A DNA stretch of 64,000 nucleotides from Candidatus Pacearchaeota archaeon (GCA_018304105.1 JAGVWX010000020.1:27111-91110), one strand, 5' to 3'. Positions 9,937-19,834 are shown, numbered from the stretch's first letter. Notes: generated by a model not told the origin, from the letters alone. A program made the numbers and translations.

Positions 9937-10162
9937 CTACTTATTTTTCTTCCAAAAGCGATTTTGAATCAAGTAACCTATAAATGCAAAAAATAATCCA
10001 CTCAATAATAAGGTAAATATCACTATTCCAGCTATTTCGTCTCCCGGATTAAGTTTAGAAAATACCCTGAATACCTACAATTATAAAGAATATGAAAAAT
10101 CCCAAGAATATTACTTGAAGTAATCGGTAATACCATTTTTTATGAAGCGTTTTCTTATCCAT
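9937..10162 (-). pseudogene. Frameshifted small membrane protein
   Basis: MDKKTLHKKWYYRLLQVIFLGFFIFFIIVGIQGI, then after a one-base shift SKLNPGDEIAGIVIFTLLLSGLFFAFIGYLIQNRFWKKNK*. Confidence 0.45.
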
Positions 10163-10208
10163 ATTATTATAAGGAAAATTGTTATTATAAGATTATCTTT
10201 TCAAAATA

Positions 10209-10280
10209 TGGCCTCACGCAGAATCGAACTGCGGTATGCTCGGTGTAAACGAGCCAGTCTAACCACTAGCTTATGAGGCC
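10209..10280 (-). tRNA. tRNA-Val(TAC)
   Basis: GGCCTCA/TGAGGCC+A acceptor, anticodon arm GCTCG-TTTACAC-CGAGC, GTTCGATT T-loop. Confidence 0.92.
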
Positions 10281-10315
10281 AACCTTATTAATAGGACTCG
10301 TAAGCGCGGGAATCT

Positions 10316-10618
10316 TTATTGCCCTAGCTTATGAGACCGATAACAGAGAAAATAAGAGGATAGTTTTTCCTGATGGATAAGCTCGCCATCCTTGTCGTTG
10401 CAGTAGCAAACTTCGTCATATTCATCAAAAACGTAAGAAGAATAGTTTTCGTATTGGCCGCAGATATTAACATCGCAAAAGACTTCTTTATCGTCGAGGT
10501 CTTGTTCGTACACTAAAACTCCCAACAAAACCACGCTTTCCAAGATAATAATGAAAAACAAAATCACGCTTAATACTATGAAAATGATTGCCAAGATTTT
10601 CCAGCCATCTTTTTCCAT
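10316..10618 (-). CDS. Membrane-anchored Cys-containing hypothetical protein
   Basis: N-terminal TM segment, CxxxxC...CYC. Confidence 0.65.
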   Translation of the reverse strand: MEKDGWKILAIIFIVLSVILFFIIILESVVLLGVLVYEQDLDDKEVFCDVNICGQYENYSSYVFDEYDEVCYCNDKDGELIHQEKLSSYFLCYRSHKLGQ

Positions 10619-10692
10619 GAAAATATATGATTCTAAAGGTTATAAATATTTTCCCGCAAATCTTAAATAACACGTTTTTCTTGCCTTTGTAA

Positions 10693-10847
10693 GCGCTAGT
10701 AGTACAGTGGTTAGTACGTCTCGTTGCCATTTTGCTCGCCGCAGTGAGTCTCCGAGTTTCGAGGAGATTCGAGCAAGAGCGAGTCAAAATTCCGTTCGGA
10801 ATCGAAGCGAAGACGAGATGACCCGGGTTCGAATCCCGGCTTGCGCA
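10693..10847 (+). tRNA. tRNA-Gly(GCC) with 83-nt intron (10730-10812) at position 37/38
   Basis: Exons GCGCTAG...TCTCGTTGCCA and ACGAGATGACCCGGGTTCGAATCCCGGCTTGCGCA; BHB central helix TTGC/GCGA with 3-nt bulges. Confidence 0.9.
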
Positions 10848-10959
10848 TATTCAGATTCGGGGAATTTGAGCAAGCCGTTTTGTGCGAGAGCAAAGAAGAT
10901 TCATGAAGTGAATCCAATCTAAGTTTTTGATGCGCCAAAACTTTTCTCTAAAAAGTTTA

Positions 10960-11032
10960 GGCTTCGAATCCCTCGTTTGACCAAGCTTGGGCGAACGAAT
11001 GGACTACTGAAAGTCGGACTTGGTTTGCGCAT
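10960..11032 (+). repeat. Degenerate copy of the tRNA-Gly 3' end split by a 49-nt hairpin insert
   Basis: ggcttcgaatccc (12/13 match) and ggtttgcgcat (10/11 match) to tRNA positions 10825-10848. Confidence 0.55.
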
Positions 11033-11085
11033 GTCCGTTAACGTAGTTACCAATAATCTAATAATAACTTTCCCCTAATGATTAA

Positions 11086-11610
11086 ATGGAAAACACAAAA
11101 GAAGCAATCTTCGCAGGCGGATGCTTCTGGTGCAATGAAGCAGCATTCGAGGCCACGAAAGGGGTTATTGAAGCCCTCACTGGCTACACCGGAGGTTTCG
11201 AGCCGCATCCAACTTACAAAAAAGTATCTTCGCACCAAACAAATCATCGCGAAGCAGTAAAGGTTATTTACGACCCAGAAAAAATTTCATACAAAGAATT
11301 AGTTGAAATATTCTGGAAGCAAATAGACCCAACAGACGCGGAAGGGTAGTTTGTTGACCGTGGCCATCAGTACACGACCGCAATTTACTACAGGACTAAA
11401 GAAGAGGGCCAGACAGCCGAGCAATCAAAAGCTGAACTTGAAAGCTTGGGAAAATTTAACAAGCCGATTGTAACAGAAATTCTTCCGGCAAAGACCTTCT
11501 GGCCGGCTGAAGAATCCCATCAAAATTTTTACAAAAAGCGCGTCTTACAATACAAGTCATACAAGAAAAATTCTGGGAGGGAAATCCTAAAGAAAATATG
11601 GAAAAAATGA
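11086..11610 (+). pseudogene. msrA: Peptide methionine sulfoxide reductase MsrA with in-frame TAG
   Basis: [35 protein letters not shown]...[15 protein letters not shown] at 11347-11349 replaces the conserved Gln. Confidence 0.85.
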
Positions 11611-12029
11611 AAACAGAAATGAAAAAGAAGTTAACGCCGATGCAATATGCAGTCACCCAGCAATGCAGCACAGAGCCGCCTTTCAAAAATGAATACTGGA
11701 ATAACAAAAAAGAAGGAATTTACGTCGACATTATCTCAGGAAAACCACTATTCAGCTCAAAAGACAAGTTCGATTCAGGAACCGGCTGGCCTAGTTTCAC
11801 AAAACCCCTAGATGAAAGAAACATAATTGAACAGGAAGATTCAGACGGCTCTGGAAGAACAGAAGTCAAAAGTAAAAATGCAAGCTCTCACCTCGGCCAT
11901 CTTTTCAGCGACGGTCCAGACCCAACAGGGCAAAGATATTGCATCAATTCCGCTTCGCTAAAATTCATTCCAAAAGAAGAATTGGAAAAGAAAGGCTACG
12001 GCAAATACAAAAAGCTATTTGAGAAATAA
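11598..12029 (+). CDS. msrB: Peptide methionine sulfoxide reductase MsrB
   Basis: [29 protein letters not shown]. Confidence 0.95.
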   Translation: MEKMKTEMKKKLTPMQYAVTQQCSTEPPFKNEYWNNKKEGIYVDIISGKPLFSSKDKFDSGTGWPSFTKPLDERNIIEQEDSDGSGRTEVKSKNASSHLGHLFSDGPDPTGQRYCINSASLKFIPKEELEKKGYGKYKKLFEK

Positions 12030-12164
12030 TTATCTCCTTTAGCAATTCCTTCGATAATCTAAAACCAGCCACCCCCGACCATATATTTCATCATCAATTT
12101 GGATGTTTTCGTTATTAATTATCGTCATATAATTACTTGGCTATTTTTAATCTAAATTTTTTAA

Positions 12165-12830
12165 CTATTTCTTATTCCTAATCAAAAATCTTGCAATTCC
12201 AAAACCCGCAAGAATAAAACCAATTCCAAAAAGCCACCAATTATAATGCGTTGGCACAAAGCCAGAATCAGAATTATTTAGAAAAATCATCTTTCCATAA
12301 TCATACATCCAACTAATTAAAACCAACAATATGCCTAAAATAATAATTATCCAATCATACAAAATCGTCCTTATCTTCTTGCCTTTATCATTTAAATTTA
12401 GAACAGCAATCGCAGTAAAAATCATCAACAAACTGCACAGCACCGGCGTGATTACTGGCCCAACCCATGGCCACGGAATCAAAAACAAAACATCCCAAGT
12501 AAAAAGAGAAGCCGGCCAATCAAGAATGACTTTCAAAAATACATAATAAAAAATATCCCAAACAGCAAATGCAAAAATAAAGTATGCGCTCCTTTCAAAA
12601 AATTTCTTTCCTGCAAGCATTGCAACAGTAACCAGCATAACAATCGTTGCAAACTCTCTCACCCATTCAATTAAAAGAATTTCCGACTGAACAAGATTCG
12701 CCAAAGGAAAATTAAATCCGTTAGGATAATACAACGCCCTTAGATACGCTACTACAATGGCTTCCAAATAGCCCATTGCGATTGCAAAAAAAGTCACAAT
12801 CCAAACACGGTTCAGAGTTTCTTTTTTCAT
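12165..12830 (-). CDS. Polytopic membrane protein of unknown function, divergent from tgt
   Basis: Likely start MKKETLNRV; about 6 TM segments; WDIFYYVFL, LFLIPWPWVGPV. Confidence 0.75.
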   Translation of the reverse strand: MKKETLNRVWIVTFFAIAMGYLEAIVVAYLRALYYPNGFNFPLANLVQSEILLIEWVREFATIVMLVTVAMLAGKKFFERSAYFIFAFAVWDIFYYVFLKVILDWPASLFTWDVLFLIPWPWVGPVITPVLCSLLMIFTAIAVLNLNDKGKKIRTILYDWIIIILGILLVLISWMYDYGKMIFLNNSDSGFVPTHYNWWLFGIGFILAGFGIARFLIRNKK

Positions 12831-12874
12831 CAATAAGAATAAATAACCTTCAATAAATACTTTACCATAATACA

Positions 12875-13969
12875 ATGGAACGCTTCAAAATCACCCACAA
12901 ATCAGGCAAAGCGCGAGTTGGAATTCTTTCAACAAAAACAGGGAACTATGAAACTCCATTCTTCATGCCTGTCGCAACAAAAGGCGCAGTGAAATACCTC
13001 GAAGTTGAAGAGATTGAAGAGCTCGGCGCTTACGCTTTCATCTCAAATGCTTTCCTTCTTTATCTAAAGCCCGGCTTAGACGTAATAAAAAAGCACAAGG
13101 GCCTTCACAATTTTATGAATTGGAAGAAATGTATCTTCACCGACTCTGGCGGTTTTCAAGTTCAATCGTTAAACGACTTCAAGGACAAGTTCTCAGACAA
13201 GGGTTTGAAATTCAAAAGTCCTTTCGACGGCTCTTTACACGAACTCACTCCAAAAAAAGTCATGGAAATAGAAGAAACAATCGGCAGCGACGTCGCAATG
13301 TGCCTTGACCAAATGCCTCTTTACGGCTCGTCAAAAGAACAAGTAGAAGAAGCCACTAAAAGAACGCATCTTTTTGCAGAGCAATGTATCAAAAACCACA
13401 AGGACAAAACTCAACTTCTCTTTGGCATCGCCCAAGGCGGCACTTTTCCAGAGTTAAGAAAACGCTCCTCGCAATTTATTTCATCATTAAATTTTGATGG
13501 AATTGCACTCGGCGGACTTGCAGTCGGAGAACCTCTTGAAGCAATGAAAGAGATGATAAAAATATCTATAGCAAACATGCCGGAAGAAAAGCCAAAATAT
13601 CTTATGGGCGTCGGCTCTCCAAAAGAAATTATTGAAGCAGTAGAACAAGGCGTCGACATCTTTGATTCCGTCTGGCCAACAAGAAATGCTCGCCATGGAA
13701 AGATATTCACGTCAGAAGGTTATTTAGAAATAGAAAAATCAAAGCACAAAAATTCACTTGAGTCGTTAGACAAAACTTGTAATTGTAAAGTCTGTAAAAC
13801 ATATACGAAATCGTATTTGCATCACCTATTCAAAGCAAATGAACCTCTAGGAAAGAAACTCCTCAGTTATCACAATCTTTTCTTCCTCCAAAATCTCATG
13901 CAAAAAATCAGACAAGCAATAAAAGCAAACAAGTTCAAGGAGTTGAAGGATGAATACTCGAAATTCTGA
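12875..13969 (+). CDS. tgt: Bacterial-type tRNA-guanine transglycosylase
   Basis: TPFFMPVAT, TDSGGFQ, GIAQGG, GGLAVGE, YLMGVG, GVDIFDSVWPTRNARHG, CNCKVC...HNL zinc site; no PUA extension. Confidence 0.95.
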   Translation: MERFKITHKSGKARVGILSTKTGNYETPFFMPVATKGAVKYLEVEEIEELGAYAFISNAFLLYLKPGLDVIKKHKGLHNFMNWKKCIFTDSGGFQVQSLNDFKDKFSDKGLKFKSPFDGSLHELTPKKVMEIEETIGSDVAMCLDQMPLYGSSKEQVEEATKRTHLFAEQCIKNHKDKTQLLFGIAQGGTFPELRKRSSQFISSLNFDGIALGGLAVGEPLEAMKEMIKISIANMPEEKPKYLMGVGSPKEIIEAVEQGVDIFDSVWPTRNARHGKIFTSEGYLEIEKSKHKNSLESLDKTCNCKVCKTYTKSYLHHLFKANEPLGKKLLSYHNLFFLQNLMQKIRQAIKANKFKELKDEYSKF

Positions 13970-14309
13970 CACAATAGGAAAGAAAGTTAAAGAATTGTTT
14001 CAGCCCACGAAGAAAAAATTGCTAACTTCGATAATTATAACTTTGATTTGGTTTTCGATACTTTGGTTATTTAATTGGTCTGCCAATGTGCTGTGTGAAA
14101 GTTGTAGCAGAAGGTATGAAGCGAATAATTGTATCGATTATTACTCTTTTTTAATTCGGTCAATTGAATATAAATGTGGTCATTGCAATGGAGCTTGCAC
14201 ACTCCTATCCACTGTTATTTTTCAATATTTTCAGTTTGTGATAATTCCATTCATATTAATTTATTTAGTTTATTCGATAATAAATTATAACAGGAAATAC
14301 AAAAGATGA
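13950..14309 (+). CDS. Membrane hypothetical protein inserted between tgt and queA
   Basis: Two TM segments around a Cys-rich loop; AT-rich; ATGA overlap with queA. Confidence 0.6.
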   Translation: MNTRNSDTIGKKVKELFQPTKKKLLTSIIITLIWFSILWLFNWSANVLCESCSRRYEANNCIDYYSFLIRSIEYKCGHCNGACTLLSTVIFQYFQFVIIPFILIYLVYSIINYNRKYKR

Positions 14310-15283
14310 AACTCTCAGATTTCAACTATAACCTCCCAAGAGAACTCATCGCTCAGCGCCCAGCAGTTCCGCGAACTCACTCAAGGTTGATGGTCCTCAA
14401 AAATAATTCCATTAAACACGACTTTTTCTACAATCTTCCAAATTACTTGCAAGAAGGCGACGTCTTAGTGATTAACGAAACAAAAGTTCTGAAAATAAAG
14501 CTTGAAGGAAAAAAACGTTCAGGCGGGAAAGTCGAGTTAATGCTGGAAGATGAAAAAGGAAATGCCATTATCAAAGGAAAAGCAAAATCTCAAGACAAGA
14601 TAATATTTGATAATAATATCGTTAGTGAGATAATTAATAAAAATTCAAATAAAGTTTTTTTAGAGTTTAACATCCCTATTAATGAAGTCATAGAAAAAAT
14701 TGGAAAGCTTCCAATCCCGCCCTACATAAAAATTCCTCTGAAAAAAGACGAAGAATATCAAACAATTTTTGCAGAGAAAGAAGGTTCTTTCGCAGCCCCC
14801 ACTGCCGGCTTGCATTTTGACTCTAGTCTTTTGCAAAAGCTTCATGATAAAGGAGTTAAGCTCGCAAAAGTCTGCCTTCACGTTTCTTGGGACACTTTTC
14901 TTCCAGTTCTAGAAGAAGACCCAACAAAGCACGAAATGCATGGCGAAGTTTGTGAAATAGACAAAGAAAACGCAGACATAATCAACAAAGCAAAAAGACT
15001 TTTTGTCGTCGGCACAACCACATTAAGAACTTTAGAAAGCTTTGCGGAAAACGGTAAAGTCGCGCCAGGAAAAAAGCTGACAAAAATTTTCATTTATCCT
15101 GGCTATAAATTTAAGCTCTCTTACACTGGTTTAATCACAAACTTTCACCTTCCAAAGTCCACTTTGCTCATGATGATTTCAGCCTTTCTTTCAAGAGAAA
15201 AAATCCTCAAGGCTTACGAACTAGCAGTCAAGGAAAAATATCGTTTCTTCTCTTTAGGAGATGCGATGTTAATTTTTCCTTAG
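14306..15283 (+). CDS. queA: S-adenosylmethionine:tRNA ribosyltransferase-isomerase
   Basis: MKLSDFNYNLPRELIAQRP, PIPPYI, AAPTAGLHF, VGTTTLRTLES, TNFHLPKSTL, YRFFSLGDAM. Confidence 0.96.
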   Translation: MKLSDFNYNLPRELIAQRPAVPRTHSRLMVLKNNSIKHDFFYNLPNYLQEGDVLVINETKVLKIKLEGKKRSGGKVELMLEDEKGNAIIKGKAKSQDKIIFDNNIVSEIINKNSNKVFLEFNIPINEVIEKIGKLPIPPYIKIPLKKDEEYQTIFAEKEGSFAAPTAGLHFDSSLLQKLHDKGVKLAKVCLHVSWDTFLPVLEEDPTKHEMHGEVCEIDKENADIINKAKRLFVVGTTTLRTLESFAENGKVAPGKKLTKIFIYPGYKFKLSYTGLITNFHLPKSTLLMMISAFLSREKILKAYELAVKEKYRFFSLGDAMLIFP

Positions 15284-15805
15284 GCTAAACTCGCACCCGC
15301 AATAACTCTGCTGATATAAACCATATTTCTTCGCCAATTCAATGCTCTTATCATATCCGCCTTTTTTCTTGAAATCATAATCCAAAAAGTTAACTCCAAT
15401 CCGCGAGCCAACTGCTCGCCCAACAGCAATAACCATGTGGGATTTCTTGAATCTGCTTACTGTCAAAGTCGTAGTAAAATTCTCAATTCCAAGTTCTCGA
15501 GCTTTCATCGCAGCCTTAGTCAAATTCATCTCAAAACATTTAGCGCATCTCTTTCCACCCGATGGCTCGCTCTCCAACCCTCGTACAAACTCTTTCCATT
15601 CTGGATGATTATATTCATCAAAAATAAAATCCAGTTCGTAAATTTCAGAAACCTTCTCAGCATACAGCTTTCGTTTCTCTCTTTCTTCCTTAGGATAAAT
15701 ATTCGAATTAGGAAAAAACAAAACCAATTCGTGACCTTCTGACTTCAACTGCTCAATAACAAAAGTCGAACACGGCCCACAGCAAACATGCAAAAGAATC
15801 TTCAT
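15269..15805 (-). CDS. queH: Epoxyqueuosine reductase QueH (DUF208)
   Basis: LLHVCCGPCS, RCAKCF, FTTTL.VS..K, YQQSYCGCEFS; likely start MKILL. Confidence 0.92.
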   Translation of the reverse strand: MKILLHVCCGPCSTFVIEQLKSEGHELVLFFPNSNIYPKEEREKRKLYAEKVSEIYELDFIFDEYNHPEWKEFVRGLESEPSGGKRCAKCFEMNLTKAAMKARELGIENFTTTLTVSRFKKSHMVIAVGRAVGSRIGVNFLDYDFKKKGGYDKSIELAKKYGLYQQSYCGCEFSLRKN

Positions 15806-15806
15806 C

Positions 15807-16298
15807 TCAACTTCTCCCTCGATAATCAATAATCTTTCTTTTTGTAAAGTGATGTTCATATTTAATTGCTTTTTCTAAAACCTTAATCAATATTATCTTA
15901 TCGTCGTCCCACCTTATGGTCTTAACGAAATCATCTAGTGAAAGCCACCCAAACGCATCATGTTCCTCATTCCGTATAATCTTTTGCTCGTCTACAAAAG
16001 CAAGGAAGTTATGTTCTTCACACACTTCATTCTTCCAGTTATATACGGACCCCCAATGCAAGTCAATAATTTTAGCGGTTTTTAACCCAGTTTCTTCGAG
16101 AATCTCCCTCATTACCGCTTCTTCATCAGATTCTTGTTTTTCCACATATCCAGTAACCACAAACCAAAAGTGTCCACCGTGTTCAGGACTTGATTTATTC
16201 CGCAATGCCAAAAATTTTCCATTGAATGTGATAAACGCAAGAATCTTCTTCCTAATCTCAACCTTCTTTCCCTCATACTCGATAATATCTTTAATCAT
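15807..16298 (-). CDS. NUDIX hydrolase
   Basis: Nudix box GYVEKQESDEEAVMREILEETGL. Confidence 0.88.
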   Translation of the reverse strand: MIKDIIEYEGKKVEIRKKILAFITFNGKFLALRNKSSPEHGGHFWFVVTGYVEKQESDEEAVMREILEETGLKTAKIIDLHWGSVYNWKNEVCEEHNFLAFVDEQKIIRNEEHDAFGWLSLDDFVKTIRWDDDKIILIKVLEKAIKYEHHFTKRKIIDYRGRS

Positions 16299-16348
16299 AA
16301 ACCCCCAACAAAACCAATCCTTAAATATCTAATTCTCTTAATTAAAAC

Positions 16349-16894
16349 ATGAAAAACTTCCTCTGGATGATATTGCTGGCGATAGTTTCCCTTGGAGTGG
16401 TCGTATTCGTACTTGACTCATTCTTTCCTCCAGGCACACAACAACAAGGAAATATGAAACTAACTTCTTCAGCGTTCAATAATAGTCAGAGTATTCCTCA
16501 AAAATACACTTGCCAAGGCGAAGACATCAGTCCACCCTTAGAAATTTCAGTAACTCCAAAAGGAACTCAATCATTGGTTTTAATCGTAGATGACCCAGAC
16601 GCCCCCTTAGGAACTTTCACACATTGGGTTGTTTACAACATTCCTCCCGAAACCACTTCCATAGCGGAAAATTCTCTTCCGCAGGGCGCGTTGCAAGGAA
16701 TAAACAGCGGGGATAAATCAAAATACAACGGACCTTGTCCTCCTTCAGGCACACATCATTACGTTTTCAAACTTTACGCTTTAGATACAACCGATCAAAT
16801 TAAAATGCTCAGAGATAAAAAAAGCGTTGAAGATTTCATGGAAAGCCACATCATCACCCAAGCGCAACTAATTGGCGTTTATTCTAAACAGTAG
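16349..16894 (+). CDS. YbhB/YbcL (PEBP) family protein with N-terminal TM segment
   Basis: DDPDAP.GTFTHWV, YNGPCPPSGTHHYVFKLYALD. Confidence 0.92.
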   Translation: MKNFLWMILLAIVSLGVVVFVLDSFFPPGTQQQGNMKLTSSAFNNSQSIPQKYTCQGEDISPPLEISVTPKGTQSLVLIVDDPDAPLGTFTHWVVYNIPPETTSIAENSLPQGALQGINSGDKSKYNGPCPPSGTHHYVFKLYALDTTDQIKMLRDKKSVEDFMESHIITQAQLIGVYSKQ

Positions 16895-16898
16895 CCCT

Positions 16899-18482
16899 TT
16901 ATTCAATCATTTCTCTAACTTTCTTGTCCTCACCCTTGCTTTTGGAAATAAGAACATCATCAATCCTCAAGATGAGCATAGCAGCTTCGCTTGCCGAAGA
17001 AATCGCCTGCGTCTTTACTTTAATCGGTTCAATAATTCCTGCTTGAAAAGTGTCTTCAATTTTGTTGTTAAACAAATTTAATCCTTCTCTCACTGCTCCA
17101 GCTTCATGTCTTTTTCTCAATTCAGTAAGAACATCAATCGGGTCAAGTCCCGCATTTTCTGCAAGAGTTTCTGGAATTGACTCAAGAGCGTTCGCAAACT
17201 CTTCAACCGCAAGCTGAACTTTTCCTCCGAGTGAGCGAGCAAAATGTTTCAATCTTCTTACTAATTCCATTTCAACCGCCCCGCCCCCGCACACAACCTT
17301 CCCCGATTTCACAGCGGCAACAACATCTCCAATCCCATCCTTAACAGCTCTTTCTATTTCATCAACAAGGTGTTGCGTCCCGCCCTTCAAAATCAACGTT
17401 ACAGCTTTAGGATTATTGCACTTTCTTACATAAACTAAAGAGTCGTCTCCTCTAGCAACTTCCTCAACTTCTCCCGCCATTCCAAGCTGCTCCGTTGAAA
17501 CATCGTTCAGATTAGAAATAATTTTTCCAGAAGTTGCCCTGGCAAGTTTCTCCATGTCTGATTTATTAACACGCCTACACGCAAAAATCCCTTTCTTCGC
17601 AAGATAATACTGCGCCAGGTCGTCAATTCCTTTCTGGCAGAAGACAACATTTGCGCCTGTTTCCGCAACTTTATCAACCATTTCTTTAAGATAAATCTCT
17701 TCCGATTGAATGAATGCTTCCATCTGCTGCGGAGATGAAATTGATATTTTTGTATCCATTTCCGGGCTTCTGACCTCTAGTGGAAAATCTACAAGTAAAA
17801 TTTTTGCGTTCACAATTGTCAAAGGCATTTCTTTGTTTACCCTTCCTTTATTCAATACAATTCCTTTAACCAACTCTGAATCTTTTACAGAATCTCCAAC
17901 AATTCTTTCAATTTTTATGTCGTCTGAACTTACTTTATTTCCGTCAGCAATTTGGTCAATCGCTTCCACAACCAATTCCGCGAGCTTTTCTTTGTTTCCT
18001 TCCGCGCCCTTTCCGGTCATCGCAGTCATAGCAATGTTCTTCAAAACCTCTCGACTATTCACCGCAATTGAAATTTCATCTAAAATTCTTTCTGCCTTTT
18101 CGCTTGCAAGCCTGTAACCTTCAACAATCAAAGTAGGATGAATCTTTTTCTCAAGCAATCCTTCAGCATTTTCCAAAAGTTTCCCTGCAAGAAGCGCAAC
18201 AGTTGTCGTTCCATCCCCAACTTCTTTCTCCTGCGTCTTAGCAATCTCGACCATCATCTTTGCCGCAGGATGGTCTATTTCCATTTCCTCCAATATCGTA
18301 ACACCATCGTTAGTAACTGTTATATTCCCTTCAGAATCCACAAGCATTTTGTCCATCCCCTTCGGCCCGAGCGTTGTCTTCACAATGTCCGCGACAATTT
18401 TCGCCGCAAGAATGTTATTCCTTTGCGCCTCTCTTCCCATAGTCCTCGAAACGTTCTCAGAACTAATTCCAGTATCAACCAT
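16899..18482 (-). CDS. ths: Thermosome subunit (group II chaperonin)
   Basis: [31 protein letters not shown]. Confidence 0.96.
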   Translation of the reverse strand: MVDTGISSENVSRTMGREAQRNNILAAKIVADIVKTTLGPKGMDKMLVDSEGNITVTNDGVTILEEMEIDHPAAKMMVEIAKTQEKEVGDGTTTVALLAGKLLENAEGLLEKKIHPTLIVEGYRLASEKAERILDEISIAVNSREVLKNIAMTAMTGKGAEGNKEKLAELVVEAIDQIADGNKVSSDDIKIERIVGDSVKDSELVKGIVLNKGRVNKEMPLTIVNAKILLVDFPLEVRSPEMDTKISISSPQQMEAFIQSEEIYLKEMVDKVAETGANVVFCQKGIDDLAQYYLAKKGIFACRRVNKSDMEKLARATSGKIISNLNDVSTEQLGMAGEVEEVARGDDSLVYVRKCNNPKAVTLILKGGTQHLVDEIERAVKDGIGDVVAAVKSGKVVCGGGAVEMELVRRLKHFARSLGGKVQLAVEEFANALESIPETLAENAGLDPIDVLTELRKRHEAGAVREGLNLFNNKIEDTFQAGIIEPIKVKTQAISSASEAAMLILRIDDVLISKSKGEDKKVREMIE

Positions 18483-18745
18483 TAAATCAAACCTATTCGG
18501 AATTTTTTAAAGATATATGTAAGGTAAAGGTTATAATCTAGCTCTCTCGAAAGCCCCCAGATATTTCTTAAACAAATCAGGATATGTCTTCTTTATAGCT
18601 AACATAACTTCCCTGTCGTAATTAATATAATCGTGGACCAATCTAGCTTCTATTCCTTCTTTATCCAAGCTCTTTCAAATTCCAATATTTAATCATTTCC
18701 CGAAATCACACAAATCCTTTTAATATAAAACCACTGTTAATTCCG

Positions 18746-19300
18746 ATGAGAATGATTTCAGTCGGCGACATAATGACTCGTAATTTTGTCTCTCTCGCGC
18801 CTCAGGCGTCTCTTTACGATTGCGCCAAGAAAATGGCCAAAGAAAGCGTAGACTCAATAATGTTAACACAAGGCAGGAAACTTGTCGGCATTCTGACTTC
18901 CCGTGACATTCTTAGAGCCATAATAAAAAAACCAGGTCTAAATCTTAAAAAAATGAAGAGCATCAATATTGCCGCAAAAAAACTCGCGGTCATAAAGCCT
19001 TCAGCCGATATTTCTCAGGCAATAGAAAAGATGAAGGCTTCAAATTTCAAAAGGCTTCCAGTCATTTCAGGGGGTGAAATCCTCGGCGTAGTAACTATAA
19101 AAGATATCTTGGCAGTTGAGCCTGAATTTTATTCAGAAATACGCTCCCTCATGGACGTTAGAGAAGAACAATCAAAAATAAACAAAACCACCCGCCCATG
19201 TCCAATAGAAGGCCTCTGCGAAAACTGCGGCGCCCTTTCAGACTTGCTAAGAGTCGAAGACCAGCTCTTATGTCCAGATTGTAGAGATGAAATGTATTGA
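18746..19300 (+). CDS. CBS-domain protein with C-terminal zinc ribbon
   Basis: Two CBS repeats and CENC...CPDC. Confidence 0.88.
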   Translation: MRMISVGDIMTRNFVSLAPQASLYDCAKKMAKESVDSIMLTQGRKLVGILTSRDILRAIIKKPGLNLKKMKSINIAAKKLAVIKPSADISQAIEKMKASNFKRLPVISGGEILGVVTIKDILAVEPEFYSEIRSLMDVREEQSKINKTTRPCPIEGLCENCGALSDLLRVEDQLLCPDCRDEMY

Positions 19301-19315
19301 CAATATTTAATTAAG

Positions 19316-19543
19316 TTAGCCCATCAGTATAAAATTTTGTAAAACAAACCACAAAGCCAAATAAATTATGCCTATTAGAATCAATGTTGGAACAGTTGCA
19401 TTAATAGCACTTAGCCGTAATCTCTCCCCGCGTTCCATTTTCGGAAAATGCCTATAAGTATTTAGGAAAATCATTAGCCAAAGCGCAATCCAAAACGGAA
19501 GGGGCACAGCCATATAAACAATTAAGAGATTTAACGGCACCAT
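19316..19543 (-). CDS. Small membrane hypothetical protein
   Basis: 75 aa, two hydrophobic segments. Confidence 0.55.
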   Translation of the reverse strand: MVPLNLLIVYMAVPLPFWIALWLMIFLNTYRHFPKMERGERLRLSAINATVPTLILIGIIYLALWFVLQNFILMG

Positions 19544-19834
19544 TAAGCATATTTTTCAATAAATTTATTTATTTGACAATTCGGAGGGCATCTATCAAAA
19601 TATTTTTGGTATTTCATGTTAATCCCATAGAAGTCATTAGCTTATCGCAGTTTGGGAATTAACCTCGGCAGACTTCATTGCCTTGATTATATGGGTGTTA
19701 TTATTTAAATAATTTTCTTTCCAATACTGGAAATAACTAAACGCTCTTCAAACGACTGTCAGATTGCCTGGAAGAATTATACTAAGCATCAACTCAATCA
19801 AAAAGATTAAATACGCTTTCTTCATCGAAATATC

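Noticed and set aside
11347..11349. Genome-wide TAG reassignment or pyrrolysine
   Set aside because: Many conserved genes end at TAG at the expected position (for example rpl10e); no pyl genes or suppressor tRNA seen
18531..18700. Short minus-strand ORF upstream of the thermosome gene
   Set aside because: About 45 codons with a TTG start and no recognisable motif
19560..19800. Decayed epimerase-like gene fragment on the minus strand
   Set aside because: Multiple stops and only a vague resemblance; cannot be supported without a search
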